64,000 nucleotides of DNA from the human T2T-CHM13v2.0 reference genome, Homo sapiens, in the NCBI RefSeq assembly GCF_009914755.1, contig NC_060937.1; one strand, written 5' to 3'. Within the stretch, counting starts at the first letter, position 1. Each line of letters opens with the position of its first letter. Of the stretch, positions 1 through 12,500 are shown in pieces. The translations under genes and the position numbers were made by a program. The notes below the pieces were generated by a model that saw only the letters and a program-made list of their open reading frames with translations, made no database searches and had not been told where the DNA came from.

Positions 1-1014
1 GAAGAGACAGTAACAATTAAAGATTTTTAAAAAGTATACTATATCTACCGTGGGCAATAATGAAAGGTTTTTAAGCCCTACACTTTTAATAGGGAAATTC
101 TGGTAAATTAGCCAGGCAACGGTATGCAAAATCACATGATATGTTAAGAAAATAGTTATTTTTCCCCTACTATGTTTCAGACATTGCAGTAAGCACATGA
201 ATTAATAGTGAATAAGACAACAGAGGAAAGAATCTAGAGATAGGTGTGAGAGTTGGAAGTCTAGTGGGATATTTCAGGTTTAAGGATAAAAGACTTGATT
301 TGAAGTTGCACTAGTAAAAAAGAGAAAGAGTGTTTTCATTTGTTTTGTCTTTTTGGTTTTGGTGTTTTGTTTTAGAAAGTAAACAGAATGTGACATATTG
401 TTGAAAATAGGAAGTTGGAATGGGAAGTTTGTAAGCGATGGACACAGACTATGAAAGACTGGCTCTTGTGAAAATTATGGAAGCATGGACAGAAGCGGAG
501 CAGGAGGGAGGGGCCTTTTGCCATGGGGAGTAAGTAAGAGAAATCTTTTTACTTTATTTTTTGCAACAACTCTAGAGATACTTTCACAAAGCTTTGCCTA
601 CATTTTCCCAGTTATTTTATTGTATGTCCTTGAGATTTTATCCATCACGATTCATCTAGAGCATGAAACTTTGAGATCTCTTGTGAGTTTTTCTTCCTAT
701 CCTACTTTAATGAGATCATTACAGTTGGACAGAAGAGGTGGAATATAGGTGGGTAGTTGTGTGATTAGGTGTACGCATCTGAGTGTATATTCTCTATGTT
801 ACTGTGAAAAAGAGACTCTACTTTTAAGGTGAACATTGGCGAGAAACTAGTTAAATTTTTTTTGCAGTTAAAAGTAAGTTTATATTGGATAATGCTATTG
901 CATTTCCCACAAAAATTAAAAGCATCAAAATGATACATCAACATCAATTTAAAGCAGGCCACGTGTCTAACTGTACAAGCCTGTTAAACTCTCAAACCTG
1001 CACCAACGTGTTAT

Positions 1015-1090
1015 GTAGAGTTCCCTGGGCTTTTGATTTCTCGTCTTTGAAATGAGGAGGTTGGGACACATAATTTCTTAAATACCTTTT
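1015..1090 (+). mobile_element. MIR-family SINE fragment
   Basis: Degenerate MIR core 'ctgggcttttgatttctcgtctttgaaatgagg' followed by 'ttgggacacataatttcttaa'. Confidence 0.45.
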
Positions 1091-2541
1091 CATTTTTATT
1101 GATGTGTCTGATTATGTATAAAAAGTACTTACAGGGAAAATAATCAGTTTGATCTCCCTTGTAAAACAGGAATATGTTTTATAGAATCTTTCCCCATCTG
1201 AGAGAAGAGCAAACCATTTCCCATCAAGTCAATGTATAGGATTGTGTGTGTGTGTTGTGTGTTGCGTGTTTTGGGGTAGGTAGGGATGCCCTTTTATAGT
1301 TAATATAATAATAAATTGATTCTGTTTTAATTTGAAATATCTACAGTGTCTAAATTACCAAATCCTTAATTATCCAGTTACCAGCAATGACTTCCAAGTC
1401 CCATGGATTTAGATACATTTGAAATAAACCACCAGCTACCTCAAATCTTGGAAAAAAGCCCATTGCCCAGCTCAAAAATTACAAAACTTCCCAAATGTTT
1501 ATATATGCAAGGTCACGTCTGTCTCAAAGTTTATCTTCAGCTGTTTTCTTCTGTTGCACCTTCCCTAGCACAGAACTCAAATTTACAGCTCAAAGACAGG
1601 AGAGGGAAATCTTTTAAAATTTATTTAAAAATGGAATACCCTCTCTATTATCAATTGGTTGCATACAGTATCCTATGCAAGTTCTCAAAAGCTAATCAGC
1701 TAGTCCTCTACAGAGATACTATTTCTGGCCACTTGACTGTAAGTTCCAGTTTCCTCCAAGATTGCCTCCTCCTTTTTCCCCACTTCTCTCTTTAGCATCC
1801 CCTCAGTCCCGTTTACACCTGCTAACTCTGTCGTCTCCCTTAAGCCCTTAGGTTTAGAATCACTCTTTTCAAATTCTAAGTGGCAGGAAATTCATTTTCC
1901 TAAACAAAGATGGCTTCTTCCTAACTGTAATGTGGGTAGGACTATTAAAATCATGTATGCGCAAATCTGTGTGACTGCATGGCTCTCTGTGTGTACCCCA
2001 ATTGATATTCACTCTTTAGGAAATGTTCCAATCTTTAAACAGGCCCCCATAACTCTGGCTCTCATGACACCTCATGATGAGCAGTTTTGTTGAATTCGCT
2101 GTCATGCCCCATGGACCCACTACCATGTAGGTGAAAGAGAGCACTGACTCTGGCAAAGCCAGCCTGTACCAGGACATGCTTCCCCATATTTGCAGCTTGG
2201 GTTCTGTGTTTCACCTGGCAGGAGGAAGACCTTGTGGACAGCTGTGCTGCAGCTAACCCACTGGCAGCAGCCTTTTGGGGGAAAAGTGCTGGAACCTTTG
2301 CAGGGTTGCCTTGTGCCTTCTTCTTGATGTTTCTGGGAATATGCAAAACTTCAAAGAATAAGCAACAATCACTTGTGTCCCTGTGATTCCTGATAGGTCA
2401 TGCATGCAATCTTGTGGCAGCTTTTCAAGAGCAGCCTTGTCAGTTGTGTGTGGGTGCATGAAGCAGGCATGTGCAGACCATTTATCACATGATGTTTGCA
2501 CTAATTAATGAACAAATGAGTAAAGTTTAAAAGAGGGATGG

Positions 2542-2928
<387 letters not shown>

Positions 2929-3428
2929 CTAATTAACTATTCTCAACAGATCTCTCCTGACCGTGCCGTTCATTGCCCTTGCTGTCTTCCTGATTTTCCT
3001 TTTTGGGTCTGAGTAATTTAAAGAGACTGACTTTGTGATTATAAAAAAGAGGTACAACATGAGATCTCCAATTACTGCAGACCACTGTGAGCTGGCGCAG
3101 TTAATCTTAACACCATACCTTAAATTAATTTAATTAAGTCATTACTTATGCTGTGTAGTCATAACTCATAGACTCTAGAAATAACAGCAAAATTAGGTTG
3201 TATACTTAATAAATTTCACTGTAGGTGGCATCACAGGCTGACAAGATCTGACTTAAAGAGAAGGATTCAAGATATCCAGTTGTTTTATAAATCCCAGGAG
3301 GTTTACATAACCCAGATCATAAGAAAATCTAAGCGAAGTTCTATGTTGAGGTCTGATTGGAAAAAGACATAAGCTCTGGATTTAAAAGTAAGTTGAGTAT
3401 ATATGGATTTTTATCTTGGGTCTAATTA

Positions 3429-3509
3429 TTAGGTTATTACAAAAGTAATTATGTTTTTTGGCATTATTTTCAAATGGCAAAAACCGCAGTTACTTTTGCA
3501 ACAGCCTAA
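3429..3509. mobile_element. MADE1 (Hsmar1-derived ~80 bp mariner MITE)
   Basis: ttaggttattacaaaagtaatt...aaaaccgcagttacttttgcaacagcctaa matches the palindromic MADE1 consensus; TA dinucleotides on both flanks. Confidence 0.9.
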
Positions 3510-3724
3510 TATTTAATAGCCTTGCTTCTTTCTTGGAAACTGTTCTTGTTACTTTGAGTCTCTACCAGTCCCATCTTTTCTTGTTCACGATGTAATGTCT
3601 GTTTGGACAGATGTATCAAAGTACCTTAATCTAAGACACCAAATAGGAGAAAAACCTACACTTTTCTCCCATATAAATCCAGCATTATTCTCTTCTATTA
3701 CATTTTTCACATAGACTGTAAATT

Positions 3725-3753
3725 AAAAAAAAAAAAAAACACACACACACACA
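3725..3753. repeat. A15 plus (CA)7 compound microsatellite
   Basis: Directly visible. Confidence 0.9.
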
Positions 3754-5292
3754 TTCTTGGTAATTGTCATGAAAATGGTATCTGCTGAAATATTTATGGA
3801 AACATCTGCGGTAGGTGAAGAGTCCCACAGCAGAGGAGCTATTTGTGCTTGTCTTAGTGACACGGGCTGGTTCTTCAGGTGACTCAGAACGTGTGTTCAA
3901 ATTTGGTATTTGACAATTATCTCGGACACATGCAGAGAACCTCTCTTCCTCAAAAGCAGTTTAGAGAAGCTTAAACTTGGAAAAGTTGTACTTTCTCTGG
4001 TTAAACATAAGACTGGTAATAAAGGCAGCAATCTTTGTTCTAAGGTGAGGGAACTTGAGGCTTTGGAGCAGTAGCTTTGGAATTCCTAAAAGTTTAACAG
4101 CATTGAAGCTACTTGAAAATGGTGCATCGGGAGCCCATCCAGACTTGTAACTAATAACAGTCCTGGCAGGACACCACGCACCTCCTGCTTAGCGTCAGCT
4201 GTGACTAATACCCACAGCCACCTAGGGGAACAATGGCATTTTATTTGCTACATCACATGGCGAAAGAGCAACATTAGCCCACATCTCGTCTGTGACTCGG
4301 AGATCCAGTCTCCAAGCACTGACTGGTAGGGAAAGGCATTTCGTGTGGACAGTAAAATTCCCTCCACCACCAGTGGGAGCTCTTTACTTAACTGTTGTTC
4401 AGAGCAAGTCCATAGGAGAATGAAATTCCAGTTCCACAGCCCTCACTGAAGCAAAGGGGTCGGCCTCTGTGGAACTCACAGAAGTTTGTGTGTTTGTGTA
4501 TGTGAGTGCAGGTGTGTGCCTGTGTATTATGTTTGTTTTATGTCATTTTAGATGTGTTAAAAAAATAACAGAACAGAAATGGAGAAAGGAATGCTATTGT
4601 CAAAAAAGGAAAGAGGGGAAAGAAGTTACATTACGAAGCTAGCTTAGTAACCCCCAAACTTCCCACACAATTGTTCAAACTTAGTCCTTGCAGGTCAGTG
4701 CCCTATAGGGCTTCAAAGCTTTTCTGCTGTTTGAGGCCTCTCCCCCAGCACCTGCCTCTCACACACACCCCTGTTGTGGTCTTTTTCCCCCAAACTCATA
4801 TATTTTGTTCTGTTCTAGTCCAAGTAGTTTAAAAAAAGCTTCCCTATTGAAACCACGCACAAATACCGGAATCCAAGTATTTTTGAAGAGCTTTCTTTTG
4901 TTGTTATTTTTTTGTTCCTTTTTACTTAAGAGAACAAGAAATTAGAGGATTGCCAAAAATAGAAATGGAGAAAAACGAAGATGAATGTAACAATGAATAC
5001 GTGAGATATTTTAAATGTCTAAACTGGTACAATTCAAATTATAAATGACATTATGGTCTGTGTTGCATTTGGCAGGAGTTGTTGCATGGAGATTGTATGG
5101 CAGGAGCCCATTTTCCTTCCCTGAAGCCAAGCTGGGTGTGTGGAGGGTGTCAATCGAATTAGGAGAGATTGTGTTGCTTTTGGTGGGGGTGTAGGTGGGG
5201 CAATTTGTGAGTCCTCAAGCCTGCCTTCTATGCCTCACTCACTAACTAGAAAGGTTATTCAGTGCAAGAACCATGATTAACAAGCAGCTGTC

Positions 5293-5455
5293 AGCTGAGT
5301 GTGATGGCTCACGCCTGTAATCCCAGCGTTTTGGGAGACTGACAAAGGAGGATGACTTGAGGCCAGGAGTTCTAGGCTGCAGTGAGCTATGATGGCGTCA
5401 CTGCACTCCAGCCTGGGCAACAGAGCTAGACCCTGTCTCAAATGAACACATAAAC
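5293..5455 (+). mobile_element. Monomeric Alu (FRAM/AluJ-like)
   Basis: Single ~150 bp Alu arm ending 'agaccctgtctcaaa'; 15-bp TSD taacaagcagctgtc (5278-5292) / taacaagcaactgtc (5456-5470). Confidence 0.88.
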
Positions 5456-6318
5456 TAACAAGCAACTGTCAAAAAGCATCCTCAAAAGTGGGAGTGCACA
5501 AGGCCACTGGCCAATAAGGCTAATAAAATGAGCCCAGTCTTCCCCCCGAACACAGTGGATTTCCATCTATGCGATAACGTCGTCGGAGCATTGTCCCTGC
5601 ATGAACTTGACCTTGTCTTCTGATTCTACTTCTCAGATTCAGCAAGAGAAAAGAAGGGCCTGTAAAGGAAAGAGAAAGAGAGAGGCTGTCAAAGGTGCGT
5701 AGCTGCCATCTTGCTTCAGTGAGTGAGGCCGTGGCACCTCCAAACGTCCCCTCAGGAAAAAAATTCTGAAAAAGCCACGAGGAAATATTAGAAAAGCAAT
5801 GAGCATTGGGATTTTGACATGGCTTCGGGATGCAATATAGCTAGTAGTTCATTGAATCGCAGACAGTATTGTGGAGGGGCAATAGAAAACGCAAACGTTG
5901 ATGAGAGCAGGTGTTCTCTAAGCTCTTGTTGTCTTAACCAGGATTTAGATGATGCTCAGAGAAAGGTGAGAGCTCTGGGAATTTGGAAGTTGAGCCTAGA
6001 GAAAATTGAACTGGAGCAATAAAATCTAGAATCTACATAGATTTATTTAAATTTATATTCATGTACTAATAAATATTAAGGACATGCTTTATTATAAGAC
6101 TTTTTATTGATTTTTTTGCAGATGCTGTTTATGTCCTTTTTTTCAAAAACAAAAAGAACTTTAAAAAATATCATCAAAATTATGTATATTTTTTCAGGAT
6201 TAGAAGAGAGAGAATGTGATGTTTTATTTAAACTGGAAGTTAAAGCAAAATCGCAGGGAGAGACAATTACAAGATAAGTAGGTAAGGTAACTATTGCCCA
6301 TAGGAAGCTCTAACCTTC

Positions 6319-6859
6319 TGTTGTAGGCAAAATTCTAGGAAGTTTCCAAGATTTTAGTCCTGTGGTTATTCAATTAAACACTAATCTAGGTGCTGCTGTG
6401 ATGGGATTTGCAGATGTAATTAAGGTCCCAGATGAGTTAACTACAACATATGGAGAATACCTGAGCGAGCATAGCTTAATCAGGTGAGTCCATAGAATGC
6501 ACAGTTTGCTCAGGCTGGGTGCAGAGGTCAGAGAGATTCAAAGTGTGGGAGAGAGTTGATGTGAGGGACCCATCTGCTGTCATGGCCTGAGAGCCCCATG
6601 GGATGGAGAGTGAGGGAGGTATCTGGGAATTGAGGGCAGATCCTGGCTGGCAGTAGAAAGGGAACAGGGACCTTAGTCCTAGTGTTTCAGGGAACTGGGT
6701 TCTGCTGGTAACTAGAATGAACTTGGTAGAACCCTCGGAACTCCTGGAGAGCAGAGCTGACCCCTTGAGTTCAGCCTCACGAGGCCCGCAGCAGAGAATG
6801 GTGGGACCCTCTGAGACTTCTGACCCACAGAACTGCGAGATGATAAATAAGTGTGGTTT
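6319..6859 (+). mobile_element. MLT1-family (ERVL-MaLR) LTR, 3' end missing
   Basis: 'tgttgtaggcaaaattcta', 'gatttgcagatgtaattaaggtcc' and 'gacttctgacccacagaactgcgagatgataaat' are typical MLT1 (E-like) motifs. Confidence 0.75.
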
Positions 6860-7198
6860 CATATGGTCTGGATCTGTGTTCCCACCCAAATCTCATGCTC
6901 AATCGTAATTCCCAATGTTGGAGGTGGGGCCACGTGGGGAGAGATTGGATCATGGGGGCGATTTCTCCTGCATGGTTTAATACCACCCCTCTTGGTACTG
7001 TCCTTGTGAGTGAGTTTCTCATGAGTTCTGGTTGTTTAAGTGGGTGGCACCTCCTCGCTCTCTCTCTCGCTCCTGCTCGCACCATGGGAGATGGCTCACA
7101 CCCTCTCTGCTTTCCACCAAGATTGGAAGCTCCCAGAGGCCTCCCCAGAAGCAGAAGCCACTATGCTTCCTGTACAGCCTGGGGAACCACGAGTCAGT
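6860..7198 (+). mobile_element. MST-family (MaLR) LTR, 3'-truncated
   Basis: 'atatggtctggatctgtgttcccacccaaatctcatg...ggaggtggggcc...gattggatcatggggg...atgcttcctgtacagcctg' matches MSTA/MSTB. Confidence 0.85.
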
Positions 7199-7369
7199 TT
7201 TATTTGTGTTTTATTAAGTTCCTTTTTGATTATTTATTTTAATTTATGAAGGGAAAGCTAAATTCTTGTAATAGATCACCACTATATACTTAAAATTATT
7301 CCAAGTTCCGAATAGTGGAACTATGGAACACAAACTGCTAGAAAATTGGAAATTCCCTTCGGTGTTCAT

Positions 7370-7374
7370 GTGCG

Positions 7375-7411
<37 letters not shown>
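7370..7411. repeat. (TG)n microsatellite
   Basis: Directly visible; about 16 uninterrupted units. Confidence 0.95.
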
Positions 7412-7413
<2 letters not shown>

Positions 7414-8426
7414 GTGACCCCCCCTTTTAATTTGCAGACATTTCTACTTTGAGTTGAGTAGTAGAAAGAAGTAGAGACATGTTAAATGTCAGATGATTAA
7501 AAAGTTATTCTGTCATGATTTTTATTTAACTTTGGGAATCAGTGAAGAAATTGTTAGAGCAATAACTATACAATGCCTTCTAAAGAAAATTGAATAATAT
7601 CTGCCCCACCCCTTTCAAGTAAATAAATAATCTCATTATTACAGTAATGAAAACAAGTTAGGGAATTTCCCAAGAACGTAGGGAGCCAAACTTTATCCTA
7701 GTATCTGCCTGATAGAATCAACAGGTCCATATTTGCCAAATGTAGCAAGGGTATACCTCACATCTTTGGCATAGATAATGAAAGAAAGCTTAGAAAGTAC
7801 TAAGGGAACAAAAGAGATTTCCTCACTTCTCTCCTGGACACTGTTTCTGTCCACATTTTATTTTTTTTCCAGGCTCTACCCTGAATTCACGTATTATGAA
7901 ATAAAAAGACATCTTCTTCTTGTATTTTCTTGTCAATAGTGTATCTGTGTGGGCAGGGATTCTAAAGTCGAAACACTTTTGGAAGCAGCAGGAACCTAAC
8001 TTAAAAATTACGTAAAGAAGTGGATGAAGTGAGATGGCGCTGTGAGAGCTCTCTGCCTGCCGAGCACTTTAAAATTTTTCTGTCTACTTTTTTATGATCT
8101 AAAAATATCCAGAACAGATCAACTAAGACTGCAAATAAGGAAATAAGGATGGGGGAAAGGCAATCAGATATTGAAAAATATTTATCTTAAAAAGCAAAGA
8201 AAAATTAAAGAACATTTTAACCAACAATAGAACAGTTTTTTCTGGTTATTACTAACATAGTATACATGGAAATTTTATAATGTAATCTCCTAAGTCAATG
8301 TGTAGCAAATGATTGCAGAAAATGAACATTTCAAGCCTTCTCTCCCACCTCCTTATCTTTTGTTACTTATTTTGAAAAAGTTTTTCAGAGATGCCTATAG
8401 AAGTTACCCTGGATATATTCAAATCT

Positions 8427-8481
8427 AGAGAAAGAGATAAACTTAGTAAGTTTCAAGGGTCTAGCTTCATTTATCTACTTC
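8427..8481 (+). repeat. 55-bp local direct repeat, copy 1
   Basis: Matches 9751-9805 at 54 of 55 positions. Confidence 0.92.
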
Positions 8482-9750
8482 TGGTTTGACCACATTAAAC
8501 ACTAAGCTGATACTCAAAGATATGAATTCATCTTAAAACAAAACAAAACAAAAAAACAAAATCAGACAAGTAACTCCTAGAAGTATTGTTTCTACAGGCA
8601 ATAACTATTTAACATTTATAGGGACTTCAACTGATAGAGGAGATGATTGGGAATCTATGGGGATCTTGTCAGGGTTTGGTAAAATCGACTTTGTTTTGTT
8701 GGGTTGGTTAGTTAGTTGCTCTTATGTAACAATTGGGGAGTCAATCATTTAAAATATATCCTAGCTAATTTAGAGTTCTCCTTCCCTCCCTTAATAGCAT
8801 ATTAAATAGATCCTTAAAATCTTTTGGAAAAAATCCACTTAAATTTCACCTATTTGATGCATATTAAAAAATTAGTACATTTTATTATTAAATCTTTGAG
8901 TAGGCGGTAGGTATAATTTCCCAAAATGCCTAACTGACTCCCACATAGTAGCTTCTGTAATGAAAAAAAAAAAGGGTGATTCAGACTATGGGTGAACTGT
9001 TCTTTTTCGTTTTATCATGAAGTTTGGATACAGAAGACGTTCATTTGGATACGGTTCAGTAAACATAGGTGGCTAAAGCCATGTCTTGTTTAGAAAAGTC
9101 CTTATTTCATTTGTTGACCACATGAAACAACTAAAATTTCAATTTCAATTTGGTCTGTTGTAAAAGCACTGTAGTTATATTTATTTGATATTATAAACAC
9201 ATGATCTAGTGCAATCTGAGAGTGGCGAGAACTGTCATTTACTTATCACTGTCTCTATGCGAGGCTTGATGCTTATCAAATTATATATTCTGTTCATCAC
9301 CTTTATTCTCACAATGATAACCTGCTGTCACTAGGAAGTCAGTGAAGAATCAACCTAGAACTGGTAAATAAATTGATTGAACTTAAAAAAAATAAATAAA
9401 TAAAAAACACAAACGCTTTCCTATTAGGAACATGCCAAATACCTGCTTCAGTATGAAGCAGGGCCGATTCCCCTTCTGGCTACCCCTCCAGAGGTACCCA
9501 CATGATTGACATTGAGGTTTTGGACCCAGAAACAAAATGATTATGTAGTCTTTTTCATTTGGTAATAACTCATCTTTTTGTGTTTTATTCCCCTTTTTCA
9601 TGAGAAATGTCTTCATTTTCAAAACGTAGGAATACATATTCTTTGTCTTTCTCTGCCATCATTTAATTCTAAAAAGCATCTTCAAGTGTCTGTCTAGTTT
9701 CTATGGTCAGATGACTCACCCCTCAAACTTACCCCTGTGTGTGAGCAAGA

Positions 9751-9805
9751 AGAGAAAGAGATAAACTTAGTAAGTTTCAAGAGTCTAGCTTCATTTATCT
9801 ACTTC
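9751..9805 (+). repeat. 55-bp local direct repeat, copy 2
   Basis: Matches 8427-8481 at 54 of 55 positions. Confidence 0.92.
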
Positions 9806-11219
9806 CAGCAATGCTTATCTCTGCTATTCTGGATCTCACTTTTGGAGTTACTTCATCAACAAAGAGGCCTAAATGTAATTTGGCTCTTGCTAAGCTATGA
9901 TATTTCCAAATGTGCTCATAATTTAACAAATAGAAAGTATTTAATTTTTTCTGAAATGATACAAATTTAACTCTGAATGAATTAGAAACCTGATTTTTTA
10001 AAGATATAGTAGATTAAGATAATATTACTAGTAGACTCTTCGGTTTATAGTTAATTTTTATACACAAACCTCTGCCTTACATTGGAAATATTTCCAACAA
10101 CTATTGACTCAGACTTTCCAAAGGTTGCTCAGTAAAGATAAAAGTATCCTTGACTAAGGGCCCAGCATTATGTCAAGTCTTGCTTCTGGCAATCGGCAAG
10201 AGCCCACGTTTAGCATGTTTAGGACTTGGCTCAAGATTTCTGTTCCTTAGATACTGGCTTAATTTAGTGAATTTCTATTCTTCATGTCAATGTGCCTGTG
10301 GTTTTACCTTTGTAAGTGAATAAATGTTCCACCTTTATATTTGTATGATGAAAGACATTCAGGTAAATAGGTAAAAGGTGCACTCTAGATTGTGAAGTCA
10401 TTAACAAATACTTTGTGAAGGGCAGCTGTAATCTTTTATAATTTTTTAAATAAAATACAAAGTGTTCCATGATTGCTTCAGTTAAATATTAAAATGAAAA
10501 AGGGCATTATAATAGGGTTACCGTAATTATTTGGCATATTAAAGCAAATTATACCCAAAGGCCCCACATGAAGAAATTAGTTTAAACAGTCGCTCGCCTC
10601 GGCAGGAATCAACTCTTCCCTTTGTCTGGAAGGCTATGTCTCTCTTTCTTCACATTCTAAGTACTACTCATCCTTCACCAGCACAGAATGTTCAACGCTC
10701 TCGTCCCCCACACAGGTAATCCTTTATTATCTTCACCTGTCTTGCAGGTACGATTCTGACTGAGCTATCCCCTTCACACCTTGCTCAGGACACGGGGAAC
10801 TTTAACCACTTTAACCACTCTCTGCCTGCAAATGGCAGGACACTAGGCCACAGAACCTGTCTCAGGCAGGGCCCATCTACCTAAAACTCCTCCCCCACCA
10901 TTGAGCCTCTACCTCCTAGAAGCCATGCTGGACGTGGGGCATCTAGAAGTAACTTGGAAGGTGGTTAGGCTTCATCCTAGGAAGTTACAAAGGTTCTTCT
11001 ATACTCTAGAAACACCAAATTTTCTGTAATTTCCCTTGCACCCTCTTTCTGAGCTTGACTCTGTGGGAGAGATAGTAAGCCATGTCTCACTGACCAGCCG
11101 ATATGTAAGTTCTAGTCATGTAAGTTTCCATCCTACTAACATCATCTTTCTCTGAGTACCTTAAGCTTTGCTCTTTGTACTCCAAAATGCTTGGTTCTCT
11201 TAAGAAAAGCGTGTATCTT

Positions 11220-11940
<721 letters not shown>

Positions 11941-12174
11941 CATGCATATTAGCTGTCTCATGAAGAATGTTTTTATTTGTTATGAGTTTTGTGTCTGCTA
12001 AGAGCACTTGCTCCCATGCACAAACAAAACAGAGAACAACAAAGTAAAATATGGATCTTTATTCTCAACTATTGCTTTTTTTTTCTTCTAGAGAAATATA
12101 TATAGAAAGCTTCTTTACTATCTAAAAAGAATAAAAGAGAACAATGGGTAAAGGAAGATATAAAACATCAAATT

Positions 12175-12295
12175 TTGTTAATATTGTAAAATATTTTTAC
12201 TATAGTAAAATATATGTAGTATATATATAGATAGTATATAACTATAGTTATATATTATATATATATAATTATAATAAAATATAGTATAATATTGT
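12175..12295. repeat. AT-rich (TA)n low-complexity tract
   Basis: Directly visible. Confidence 0.85.
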
Positions 12296-12384
12296 CTTGG
12301 TATAAAATACTATCCAAGTACATACCTATAACATTTAACTCTTTGCTGGTTTTTATTCTAATTAAACATCTTGCTGGATTTCTG

Positions 12385-12500
12385 ACTTCTTGCTGTGTGC
12401 CAGCACTGCACCAAGCACTATACCTAAAGTATTTGATTTATTCCTCCCCAAACCCTAGGAAATTGGCATAATTATTACTCCCATTTTTCTGAGTGATTGT
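12385..12500 (-). mobile_element. MIR fragment
   Basis: 'tgtgtgccagcactgcaccaagcact...attattactcccattttt' is an antisense MIR core. Confidence 0.6.

Noticed and set aside
1403-1795. 130-aa ORF in unique sequence (also 18509-18856 and 62767-63147)
   Set aside because: No recognisable domain or exon structure; length compatible with chance.
4368-4381. CTCF-like CCACCAGTGGGAGC
   Set aside because: Mismatches in core positions; cannot be supported without ChIP data.
6476-7249. Dense overlapping ORFs
   Set aside because: They lie within GC-richer MLT1/MST LTRs and show no protein homology.
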